This document shows, one piece after another, positions 28,531-36,868 of a stretch of 64,000 nucleotides of DNA. How positions within the stretch are numbered: the stretch's first letter is position 1; each line of letters starts with the position of its first letter. The stretch lies in IMG/VR virus record IMGVR_UViG_3300015607_004160; one strand, written 5' to 3'. A program made the position numbers and the translations under genes. This DNA comes from a virus. Its lineage: Duplodnaviria; Caudoviricetes. The notes under the pieces are model-generated. The model worked only from the letters and a program-made list of their open reading frames with translations. It was not told the DNA's origin and did no database searches.

Positions 28531-29376
28531 TTATATAGACGCCAATATAGTCTCAGTCCATTTTTTTACTCCATCTAGACTATCTACTATCCAAGTTTGA
28601 ACTTTTCTTTGTCTTTCTGACCTTGCGTGACGTGAAGATTGGTGATTTGTACACATTTCAATCATCCACCATCCATCCTCAAATTTATAAAAAATAATGT
28701 ATCCTACATTATTTCTATCATATTTCATATCAAAACTTACACATGATTCAAACTCATCACTACGAAACCTTTTAAGCTTTTCATATCCTATGCTAGGTTC
28801 TACTAAATCAATCAAATACTTAATTTTATCAATTTCACCATCAGTTATTTCTTCTACTTTGTTATTTGATAATAGATTTTCGAATTTATCAGAATTAATA
28901 TGGTTTACCAAATCACTACTTTCTGATGAAAAAGACTCCAAGTATTTACCAATTTGTGCTTCAGTTTCCTCAGGCTTACTTGATTTGCTATAAATATACA
29001 AACCAAGCTGATTGTCACCACTATAATGAATCAATTGCCATTTATATTCAAATCTATCTAATCTATTTGTTACTTTTGATATTTCTTCTAGTAGACTTTG
29101 AATAAATTTTACTTTAATAATAGTATTATTAAGGGTAGTACTACTCGATGACTCTGTATCAAATGGATATTCTGTTATAAATAAATAACCAATGAATCCA
29201 TTTTCCTTATTTATTCCATAAGAAAAATATCCATTAACAGGATCAGCAGGTTCGACATTAGGACCATCTTCAAATCTCTTTAAATTTAGAGATTCTATTA
29301 ATCCTTGCATTAATAATTCTACATCACTTTCTAAATCTTCAAAACCATCAAAGGATTCAAACTTTTTAATCTTCAT
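28531..29376 (-). CDS. Hypothetical protein (N-terminal tag; DEWY-family C-terminal module)
   Basis: MKIKKFES; KFEDGWW...WIVDSLDGV. Confidence 0.7.
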   Translation of the reverse strand: MKIKKFESFDGFEDLESDVELLMQGLIESLNLKRFEDGPNVEPADPVNGYFSYGINKENGFIGYLFITEYPFDTESSSSTTLNNTIIKVKFIQSLLEEISKVTNRLDRFEYKWQLIHYSGDNQLGLYIYSKSSKPEETEAQIGKYLESFSSESSDLVNHINSDKFENLLSNNKVEEITDGEIDKIKYLIDLVEPSIGYEKLKRFRSDEFESCVSFDMKYDRNNVGYIIFYKFEDGWWMIEMCTNHQSSRHARSERQRKVQTWIVDSLDGVKKWTETILASI

Positions 29377-29399
29377 AGATTATATATTAAATTCACAAA

Positions 29400-29576
29400 T
29401 CAATATGAACCTATTCTTACTTTTCCATTAATTGATTTATACTTTTTTCCTCTTTCTAGAAGGGCAACAGAACCATCTAGTATATCTACTATTTTCCATT
29501 TCTGAAACCAATTTAATATTATAGTATCACCAATTTGGTACCATTTACCCTTATAGAAGAAAGAATATATATCCAT
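29400..29576 (-). CDS. Small hypothetical protein (58 aa)
   Basis: Not in the ORF track; MDIYSFFYKGKWYQIGDTII...; fills the gap after the endolysin. Confidence 0.45.
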   Translation of the reverse strand: MDIYSFFYKGKWYQIGDTIILNWFQKWKIVDILDGSVALLERGKKYKSINGKVRIGSY

Positions 29577-29580
29577 ATAA

Positions 29581-30093
29581 TTACTGATTTATCTCGAAGT
29601 GCATCGCATCATAATTACGATCTTTACCATAACTCATAAACCCATGTTTATAAAATGTATCTACCATGAATTTATATTCAGGTTTTGAAAATTGGGCATT
29701 TAACCATTTGGTTTTCAATCCATTACGAGATGGATCTAAATCAATTGCGATTCCCCAAGCATGTCTTGATAGATATGTATATGCTAATTCTAAATTACCA
29801 GCTTTTAAAGCGGCTGCATGTTTGGCTTCAGTCCCTCTCATTGGTCTGACATTTGTTATTCCACCAAATAGATCTAATCCAAGGCGTTTAATTTCCTCAA
29901 GACCATAATGCGCAAGTATTTCTTCAAATACCTTTGTAAATTGTGGGGCTACTAATTTATGACAAGAAGTTGAATGAACTACTGTGTCTGGTGCCCATGC
30001 TAATCTCATTGGATAAGGAAATTTAAGTGTGGTGGATAAAGCAGGATCACCAGGCTTTCCATACTTATCCATAATTTGTTTTACTGTTAACAT
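29581..30093 (-). CDS. M15-family zinc peptidase (probable endolysin)
   Basis: SRHAWGIAID (SxHxxGxAxD) and DAMHFE; start reassigned to MLTVKQ. Confidence 0.85.
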   Translation of the reverse strand: MLTVKQIMDKYGKPGDPALSTTLKFPYPMRLAWAPDTVVHSTSCHKLVAPQFTKVFEEILAHYGLEEIKRLGLDLFGGITNVRPMRGTEAKHAAALKAGNLELAYTYLSRHAWGIAIDLDPSRNGLKTKWLNAQFSKPEYKFMVDTFYKHGFMSYGKDRNYDAMHFEINQ

Positions 30094-30130
30094 AAAAATT
30101 ATTATTTTTTTTTTATATATCAAAACTTCT

Positions 30131-30138
30131 TATCTTTG
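30131..30138 (+). promoter_or_regulatory. Bacteroidota-type -7 promoter element
   Basis: TATCTTTG matches TAnnTTTG. Confidence 0.55.
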
Positions 30139-30142
30139 TGTG

Positions 30143-30175
30143 ATGTATAACAGTATGTTGTGTTGTAAAATATAA
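30143..30175 (+). promoter_or_regulatory. Putative Cys leader peptide MYNSMLCCKI
   Basis: Tandem TGT TGT codons, hairpin at 30188-30206, upstream of a CysRS-domain gene. Confidence 0.45.
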
Positions 30176-30234
30176 TTGCATTTTTGATACCAGTCTTGAC
30201 TGGGTAGGTTTCTATTGAAAAAAAATTATATTTT

Positions 30235-30594
30235 ATGAACTATACAACAAATATAGATGAGCTCATTTCCATTAGAAATGAGGCAAGGAAAAATAAAAAT
30301 TGGAAAGCCGCTGATGAAATTAGGGACTATTTAGATTCCCAAAATGTTTTTATCTTTGATCATCCCAATAATATACAAGAGGTTCTTCACCTCCCCGAAT
30401 CCTATTTTAATCATAGTTATTTTTATAATATTGACGGTGTTCAATGGGGTGAAAATAGAATCCAAAAAATAGAACGACTGTATAATATTAAATTTAAAAA
30501 CAAAAGACATTTTGTTGAGTGGAATATTCGTCAAGAGAGATTAGCAGAAAGTAGATTTGAAGCCTGGTTGTATTCAACTTTAAAGTCGTCCTAA
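30235..30594 (+). CDS. Stand-alone CysRS C-terminal (anticodon-binding)-like domain protein
   Basis: LISIRNEARKNKNWKAADEIRDYL...VFIFD matches the CysRS RxxARxxKxWxxADxIRDxL motif. Confidence 0.7.
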   Translation: MNYTTNIDELISIRNEARKNKNWKAADEIRDYLDSQNVFIFDHPNNIQEVLHLPESYFNHSYFYNIDGVQWGENRIQKIERLYNIKFKNKRHFVEWNIRQERLAESRFEAWLYSTLKSS

Positions 30595-30666
30595 TAAATT
30601 TTTTTAATTTAAGAAAAATTCATATCTTTGTAAAACAAATCAGAATTTTCTAATATATAAACAACA

Positions 30667-30720
30667 ATGAAGTTTATTTCAACATATTCACTCTTATTAT
30701 CAGCTCTGCGAAAGTGCTGA
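30667..30720 (+). CDS. Leucine leader peptide MKFISTYSLLLSALRKC
   Basis: CTC TTA TTA ... CTG codons directly upstream of attenuator hairpins and leuS. Confidence 0.8.
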   Translation: MKFISTYSLLLSALRKC

Positions 30721-30776
30721 TAGTGGTATGCTTATAACTAATTGAAACCCTCGGCACTTGTGTCGAGGGTTTTTTT
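30698..30776 (+). promoter_or_regulatory. Ribosome-mediated transcription attenuator
   Basis: 1:2 TATCAGC/GCTGATA; 2:3 AAGTGCTGA/TCGGCACTT; 3:4 AAACCCTCGGCA-CTTG-TGTCGAGGGTTTTTTT terminator. Confidence 0.82.
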
Positions 30777-30802
30777 ATTGCTAAAAAATCAAAATAAAAA
30801 AT

Positions 30803-32431
30803 ATGAATTACAATCCGAAAGAAATAGAATCAAAATGGCAGAAAGTATGGGAAGAAAATCAATCTTTTAAATCAAATGATAAAGATGATAAAAAATATGT
30901 CGTCCCTATGTTCCCTTATCCAAGTGGTAATATTCACATGGGTCATATGAGGAATTATACAATATCAGATGCAATTGCCAGATATTGGAGAAACAAAGGA
31001 TATAATGTTTGTCACCCAATAGGATTTGATTCCTTTGGAATGCCAGCAGAAACAGCCGCAATTACAAGAGGTGTTCATCCAATGGAGTGGACAAGATCTA
31101 ACATTCAAAATATGAAAGATGAAATGAAAAGAATGGGTATTTCTTTTGATTGGTCGAAAGAAGTATCTACTTGTGAAGTTGATTATTGGAAACACGAGCA
31201 AAAATTCTTTATTGATATGTGGAAAGCCGGCTTTGTTGAAAGAAGAACTGGTATAGTAAATTGGGACCCTGTTGATCAATCTGTTATTGCAAATGAACAA
31301 GTTATAGATGGAAGGGGATGGCGTTCAGGCGCAATTATTGAGAAAAAAGAAATGACACAATATTATTTTAAGACAACTATGTTTGCAGATGATATGTATG
31401 AGTCAATTAAAGAGGTAGATGATTATTGGCCTGAGGTTGTAACTAAACAACAAAGGCAATTTATTAAAAATGGAATACAAAAAGATGGTATAAATATACC
31501 ATTTTCAGACTGGTGTATATCAAGACAAAGATATTGGGGAACTCCAATTCCAATGGTACATTGTGACAAATGTGGAGTTGTTCCAGATGAAAGTATACCA
31601 GTGATTGCTCCACATGATGTTGTATTTGATGGTCATGGAAACCCAATTGCAAATCATCCAACATGGAAAAATTGTAAGTGTCCGAGTTGTGGGTCTGATG
31701 CAACAAGGGAAACTGATACAATGGATACTTTTGTTCAATCAAGTTGGTATTTTATTAGATATATTTCTGATATTATTGATAGTAAATTTGATTATGATAT
31801 CATTAAGAAATGGTTTCCAATAGACTACTATATTGGTGGTTCTGAACACGCAATTGCTCATATGATTTATTCCAGATTTTTCTGGAGAATATTTAAAAAG
31901 ATGGGTTATATACCAGATGATGTTGCAACTGATCCATTCAAAAATGTTATTACTCAGGGAATGGTCAAGAAGGATGGTAAAAAAATGTCTAAGAGTGCGG
32001 GTAATGGAGTATCACCTAAAGAAATAATTGAGACATGGGGAGCTGATACTTGTCGTATGTATATAATATTTGCCGCACCACCTGAACAGGATATGGATTG
32101 GTCTGATCAAAACATTGTTGGTTCTGCACGATTTATGAATAGGTTTTGGAGCGGACAATTCAGAAATGTAGAACATATTGTTGATAAAAAATCAGAAGAA
32201 ATAGCTATTCAAAAGATAGAAATGATGAAGAAAAAAATAATTAATGTATATGAAAAAACATATAAATTCAATACAATAGTTGCAGGTGCAATGGAAGTTC
32301 ATAATGCGATTAGTCGTCAAACAAATCCTGATATTTATAAAGAAGGCTATAGGGTTATAATCGAAGCAATTTCTCCGATATGTCCCCATATTTGTGAAGA
32401 AATAAAACAATCGTTTATTAGAGAAAAATAA
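30803..32431 (+). CDS. leuS: Leucyl-tRNA synthetase, minimal form (no CP1 editing domain, no C-terminal domain)
   Basis: IESKWQ, MFPYPSGNIHMGH, DWCISRQRYWGTPIP, RETDTMDTFVQSSWY, KMSKS; 542 aa. Confidence 0.92.
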   Translation: MNYNPKEIESKWQKVWEENQSFKSNDKDDKKYVVPMFPYPSGNIHMGHMRNYTISDAIARYWRNKGYNVCHPIGFDSFGMPAETAAITRGVHPMEWTRSNIQNMKDEMKRMGISFDWSKEVSTCEVDYWKHEQKFFIDMWKAGFVERRTGIVNWDPVDQSVIANEQVIDGRGWRSGAIIEKKEMTQYYFKTTMFADDMYESIKEVDDYWPEVVTKQQRQFIKNGIQKDGINIPFSDWCISRQRYWGTPIPMVHCDKCGVVPDESIPVIAPHDVVFDGHGNPIANHPTWKNCKCPSCGSDATRETDTMDTFVQSSWYFIRYISDIIDSKFDYDIIKKWFPIDYYIGGSEHAIAHMIYSRFFWRIFKKMGYIPDDVATDPFKNVITQGMVKKDGKKMSKSAGNGVSPKEIIETWGADTCRMYIIFAAPPEQDMDWSDQNIVGSARFMNRFWSGQFRNVEHIVDKKSEEIAIQKIEMMKKKIINVYEKTYKFNTIVAGAMEVHNAISRQTNPDIYKEGYRVIIEAISPICPHICEEIKQSFIREK

Positions 32432-32443
32432 GTAAAAAAAAGC

Positions 32444-32483
32444 TTGTAAATTCAGGATTTTTTCGTATCTTTGTGTAACAAAT
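32444..32483 (+). promoter_or_regulatory. Bacteroidota-type promoter (copy 1)
   Basis: TTG-N19-TATCTTTG; 22-nt direct repeat with 32597-32618. Confidence 0.75.
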
Positions 32484-32576
32484 GAGGTAGATATAGAGGA
32501 TTGATACTTTCATAATTCATTGATAATCAATATGGTAAAAATCACATAACACGTTGATTATCAGACATAAAAAAGA

Positions 32577-32618
32577 TTTGGTGAGTATCGAAACTATTCG
32601 TATCTTTGTGTAACAAAT
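32577..32618 (+). promoter_or_regulatory. Bacteroidota-type promoter (copy 2)
   Basis: TTTG-N20-TATCTTTG. Confidence 0.8.
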
Positions 32619-32647
32619 CAATCAAAATCATCTAAAAACTTATTACT

Positions 32648-33289
32648 ATGGCAACAAAAAATCTCTTTGATAAAGCAAAAAAATCAGCAACTCCTAAGAC
32701 TACAAAAGCGAAAGACGAGAAAGTTCGGGTTCGTGTGAAAGACGCTGACTTCTTTGAAAAAATCCAAACTCTTGAAACTCTTCAAGAAAATATGAAGCGG
32801 GATAAGGCTCAGGCTGACATGATTGCCGATGAAATCAAGGAAATCGGTAAAGTAGAGTGGGCTAACGTGTATAACAAAACAGGCAAGAATCCTGGTTCGA
32901 TTATGTTAGAAGCAAAAGATGGTGCTGACACTGCTCAAACTATGTTTGTTCCTTCTGACAAGTACATCACTATCAACGAAGATCGTGCTAACTACCTTGT
33001 TGAAACTTTTGGTGAAACTGCTGTTGAAGAAAAAACAACCTTCGCATTCGATAATGAAATGGTTGATAAATATGGTGAAGTTCTGTCTGGTCTGATTGAG
33101 TCTTGTGATGAAATCAGTGATGAAGATAAAGAAAAAATCATCAAAGCCGTTACTGCTTATTCTGTAGCGAAAGGTACAATCGACAAACTGAAAGACTACA
33201 GTGAAGATACCGATATGGAAATTGTAAGTATCGTTGAAGAAGTTAAGCCTGTAATCGCACTGAAAAATGTCGAAGTAATCAAGGGATAA
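32648..33289 (+). CDS. Hypothetical, probably highly expressed early protein
   Basis: Tandem promoters, own terminator, C-ending codons (ATC, AAC, TTC) unlike the flanking genes. Confidence 0.75.
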   Translation: MATKNLFDKAKKSATPKTTKAKDEKVRVRVKDADFFEKIQTLETLQENMKRDKAQADMIADEIKEIGKVEWANVYNKTGKNPGSIMLEAKDGADTAQTMFVPSDKYITINEDRANYLVETFGETAVEEKTTFAFDNEMVDKYGEVLSGLIESCDEISDEDKEKIIKAVTAYSVAKGTIDKLKDYSEDTDMEIVSIVEEVKPVIALKNVEVIKG

Positions 33290-33301
33290 TAATAAATTTC
33301 T

Positions 33302-33323
33302 GGACTCAAATGAGTCCTTTTTT
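33302..33323 (+). terminator. Intrinsic terminator
   Basis: GGACTC-AAAT-GAGTCC then T6. Confidence 0.7.
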
Positions 33324-33342
33324 ATTTTATGAAAAAATAATT

Positions 33343-33372
33343 TTTGTAATAAAAAAACATTTTGTATATTTG
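33343..33372 (+). promoter_or_regulatory. Bacteroidota-type promoter
   Basis: TTTG-N18-TATATTTG. Confidence 0.6.
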
Positions 33373-33392
33373 TATAAATAAATGAATTAAAT

Positions 33393-34520
33393 ATGAGTGA
33401 TATTTCAACAAAACTGGGAGTTCTTCCCGAAGATTTAGCAAGTAAGATGAACAATCTTACTGAACGCGAACGTCTTTACTTTCAAATTATGTGGCCTAAA
33501 TCAGGGGTACTTTATATTACCTCTAAACCAGGTATCGCTAAATCTGCTATCTCACGTTCAATCGCTGAGAAGATGGGTTTCCGGTACATGGATATTCGTC
33601 TTTCAATGGTTGATGAAACTGACGTAGGTCTTTATCCTTCTGTAAGTGATACTGCTGGTGTTAAATGTCTTGACTTCGTGGTTCCTCGTTGGGCTATTGA
33701 AGCGAACAAGCAACCAACAATTATTCACTTTGAAGAATTGAACCGTGCATCTCTTCCTGTAAGAAATGCCGCTCTTCAAATTCTTCTTGAACGTCAAATC
33801 GGTACCGAATTTAGGTTCAATGATACCGTATTAATGATGTCGTCTGGTAACTTGGGTGATGAAGATGGTACTGATGTCGAAGAATTTGACAACGCTCTTA
33901 ATAACCGTCTTATTCACTTCTCACATACTTTAGGTGCTGATGAATGGATTGATAATTTCGCTAAAGAAAGGGTACATAGCACTGTTGTTTCTTACATCAG
34001 AGCGTATCCTGAAAAGCTGTATCAAAATCCTACTGAAAACACTAAGGCTTATGCTACGCCTCGTTCATGGACTTTCTTGAGTGACTTTATCTGTAAGAAT
34101 TTCGGTAAGGATGCTTCTCCAAAAGTATTCCTTCCTGTTCTGAGAAATATCGCACACTCATTTATTGGTAACGGTGCTCAACGTTTCTTACAATACTGTG
34201 AAGAAATGATCAATATCACAATCCAAGATATTATCGACCGTTACGACGCAGTGGTAAAAGAGTTGGATAAATACAACCGTGATAAAAACTCCGAGTTGAT
34301 CCAATCTCTGAAGGAATACGATATCAAGAAGTTTACCGAAAAACAACTTGATAACGTCACTAAGTTCTTGAAAAGAGTGGGTGATGATGAACTGACAGCT
34401 TATCTGTTACACGTTTTGGATAACGTTCCTGACGTATCTGATCCGAAGATTAAGAAGTTTATGATTTCGTTCAAAGATGTTCTCGTTAATATCAAACGAA
34501 TCAACAAACCAACTAAATAA
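33393..34520 (+). CDS. MoxR/dynein-like AAA+ ATPase
   Basis: SKPGIAKS, IHFEELNRA, SSGN, ALNNRL, ATPRSW. Confidence 0.85.
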   Translation: MSDISTKLGVLPEDLASKMNNLTERERLYFQIMWPKSGVLYITSKPGIAKSAISRSIAEKMGFRYMDIRLSMVDETDVGLYPSVSDTAGVKCLDFVVPRWAIEANKQPTIIHFEELNRASLPVRNAALQILLERQIGTEFRFNDTVLMMSSGNLGDEDGTDVEEFDNALNNRLIHFSHTLGADEWIDNFAKERVHSTVVSYIRAYPEKLYQNPTENTKAYATPRSWTFLSDFICKNFGKDASPKVFLPVLRNIAHSFIGNGAQRFLQYCEEMINITIQDIIDRYDAVVKELDKYNRDKNSELIQSLKEYDIKKFTEKQLDNVTKFLKRVGDDELTAYLLHVLDNVPDVSDPKIKKFMISFKDVLVNIKRINKPTK

Positions 34521-34537
34521 TCTTTAGTTATAAGCTT

Positions 34538-34564
34538 AAACCCCTCTTCGGAGGGGTTTTTTTT
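34538..34564 (+). terminator. Intrinsic terminator with UUCG tetraloop
   Basis: AAACCCCTC-TTCG-GAGGGGTTTTTTTT. Confidence 0.9.
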
Positions 34565-34614
34565 ATAAACATTATAACAAAACAAAGATATAATGAATAA
34601 AATTTCTTATATTT

Positions 34615-34875
34615 ATGACAATACAGATGAACATAAAAAATGAGTTAGGTGATTTTTACTCAGAAAAAATGCAAGTTACATCTGATCAATATATGGAGTT
34701 AGTGGAGGTGTCTAAGAAATTTTATATAGAAGAAGCAGGATTTGAGATGTGGTTAGAAAATGGTTTCATGGTAATGTCTTCTGATATGGCACGAAGAAGT
34801 ATATTATCAATAAATATATTAGAATACGATAAAGAAGAAGATGACAAACAAACAAACAATGAGGACAAGATTTAA
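34615..34875 (+). CDS. Hypothetical protein
   Basis: 86-aa ORF at the head of an operon. Confidence 0.6.
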   Translation: MTIQMNIKNELGDFYSEKMQVTSDQYMELVEVSKKFYIEEAGFEMWLENGFMVMSSDMARRSILSINILEYDKEEDDKQTNNEDKI

Positions 34876-35509
34876 AAAATTTGGTGGGGAGTTTATCCCT
34901 GATATAGTTGAGTACTTAAGATCTTATATAGAAAAGGATCCTAATGTAACTATTAGTGTTGGTTGCGACTCTATTCAGAGACGCAGAAAAACTGTCTACG
35001 CAGTCACTATTATGTTATATAATGGTGATATTAAAAATGGTGCTCACGTTATTTTCTTTAGAGAAAATCTTACTAAGGTAAGAGATAATTTTGATAGACT
35101 TCAAAAGGAATCAGAGTATGCTCTTTCTGTAGCCGAGATGCTTAATGAAGAACTTGAACCTTTCTTTGAAAGAAGAGACTTAGTTGATAAAGAAAGAAAA
35201 AGGTATAAGTTTCACATAGCTAAATGTGAAGGTAAATATGATTATGTTTCGTTACATAACGAAGATTCCTTTATTAATAACCTTCCTTTAAGTGAGGTTG
35301 AGAGAACTATGCCTTTCAAACTAGTAGATATTCATGTCGATTATAATCCATTTGAAGGACACATTGACAAGAAGGGTAATGCTAAGAACAAATCAAATAT
35401 GTCTTATAGATCTATGGTTCCTTGGTTAAGGAGCTTAGGTTACCGGGTATTTGCTAAGCCTTTAGGTTTTGCGAGCACAAGTGCTGCTGATTTATTATTA
35501 CAAGATTAA
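34841..35509 (+). CDS. RNase H-like YkuK (DUF458) family protein
   Basis: ISVGCDS, YAVTI, IHVDYN, terminal AADLL. Confidence 0.7.
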   Translation: MTNKQTMRTRFKKFGGEFIPDIVEYLRSYIEKDPNVTISVGCDSIQRRRKTVYAVTIMLYNGDIKNGAHVIFFRENLTKVRDNFDRLQKESEYALSVAEMLNEELEPFFERRDLVDKERKRYKFHIAKCEGKYDYVSLHNEDSFINNLPLSEVERTMPFKLVDIHVDYNPFEGHIDKKGNAKNKSNMSYRSMVPWLRSLGYRVFAKPLGFASTSAADLLLQD

Positions 35510-35518
35510 ATATAAATA

Positions 35519-35713
35519 ATGTTTATTATAGGAAGCCATTCAACAATAGATAAAAAATTTGAATTTAGTAATGAATATGTTTCTATGCAAGTGGATTACG
35601 ATGATGTCAATCATATTGAAGTAGATGTTGCTATAGAGTACATAAAAGAAATTCTGGATAAAAACTGGAATAATAAACTATTCGAACAAAGGTTAAAAGA
35701 AAGAAATATATGA
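35519..35713 (+). CDS. Hypothetical protein
   Basis: 64 aa; overlaps the next start codon. Confidence 0.55.
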   Translation: MFIIGSHSTIDKKFEFSNEYVSMQVDYDDVNHIEVDVAIEYIKEILDKNWNNKLFEQRLKERNI

Positions 35714-36297
35714 AAAAAATTAAAGTAAAAATATTAGGACTATCATATAGTCAAAGTCAAATTGGATCATATGTATTGGTTCTTTCTGAAATTAAAGGTG
35801 AGAAGCGAAAACTTCCAATGATTATTAAGCCAAATGAAGCTCAATATATCGCACTTAAAATGGAGAATATAGAAACTCCTCGACCATTGACTCAAGATTT
35901 ATTTAAGTCGTTTACAGATTCTCTTGGTGCGGAAGTAAGTGAGGTTTATATACATGCTATTGTAGAAGGTATATTTTACGCTAAGGCTATATTAACTAAT
36001 GCAATAGATAGTTATGAAATCAATTGTGGAGTTGGTGATGCTATATCACTAGCACTTATTTACAAATGTCCAATTTTAGTTTCGTCAGCAGTTATGGGAT
36101 CCGCTGGTATCTATATGTCTGATGATGGTGAGATATCAAAAGAAAACCAAGAGAAGAATCATTCAGATAGAGAAATTACACCTGGCGTAACAATTGAAAA
36201 TCTTGAGAAAATGCTTGAAAAGGCAGTTGAAAATGAAGAATATGAAATTGCTACTCAATTAAGAGATAGAATTAATCAATTAAAGTCTGGGGTTTAA
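35710..36297 (+). CDS. Bifunctional nuclease (DUF151/BFN) with UVR motif
   Basis: YVLVL..LPMII..EAQYIA..PRPLTQDL..EGIFYA..DAISLAL; LEKAVENEEYEIATQLRDRI. Confidence 0.88.
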   Translation: MKKIKVKILGLSYSQSQIGSYVLVLSEIKGEKRKLPMIIKPNEAQYIALKMENIETPRPLTQDLFKSFTDSLGAEVSEVYIHAIVEGIFYAKAILTNAIDSYEINCGVGDAISLALIYKCPILVSSAVMGSAGIYMSDDGEISKENQEKNHSDREITPGVTIENLEKMLEKAVENEEYEIATQLRDRINQLKSGV

Positions 36298-36307
36298 TAT
36301 ATAGATT

Positions 36308-36808
36308 ATGGGACACAGAATTAAAAAATTTAACGAATTAACAAATGAGCTTCAAAAAACTATTAAAGAAGCCAAAGATAAATTGTTAAATGCTATTCTA
36401 ACTGATACAGAAATATCTAAAGTAGAAAAACTTTGTTTAATAAGTGAAAATGATCTATTTAAAACAAATAGTTGGATATGTGACCCATTTCATGATGAAT
36501 ATTTTAAAGAATATGAAAGTCAATTAGCTAAAAAGGGGGTAACAAATCCATGTATTGATAGTTGGGTGCATAATAGAGATCCCTTTTCCAACAATGGAAC
36601 CGTGCTATTCAGGTTTCTGCGACATGAAACTGTTAATTTAGCGGAAATACTTGAGTACATGGATGAAGATGATAATGATGAGTTAATTACCATTTACACG
36701 AATAGAAGAACAAGTGATACACTTAAAATATCAAAATATGAATTTGTAGATACTATCTATGATTGGTGTATAAAAAATAAGTGTATCGCATTTGAAATAG
36801 ATTGGTAA
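36308..36808 (+). CDS. Hypothetical protein (N-terminal tag)
   Basis: MGHRIKKFNE; TAATATATA upstream. Confidence 0.65.
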   Translation: MGHRIKKFNELTNELQKTIKEAKDKLLNAILTDTEISKVEKLCLISENDLFKTNSWICDPFHDEYFKEYESQLAKKGVTNPCIDSWVHNRDPFSNNGTVLFRFLRHETVNLAEILEYMDEDDNDELITIYTNRRTSDTLKISKYEFVDTIYDWCIKNKCIAFEIDW

Positions 36809-36868
36809 ATAAAATAAATCGCAACTTTTAATACCATTCTTTATATAATTAAAAATAATTGTATTATA

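Noticed and set aside
32906-33454. 182-aa minus-strand ORF and similar nested ORFs in the track
   Set aside because: Antisense to well-supported genes; Phe/Ser/Ile-rich shadow composition
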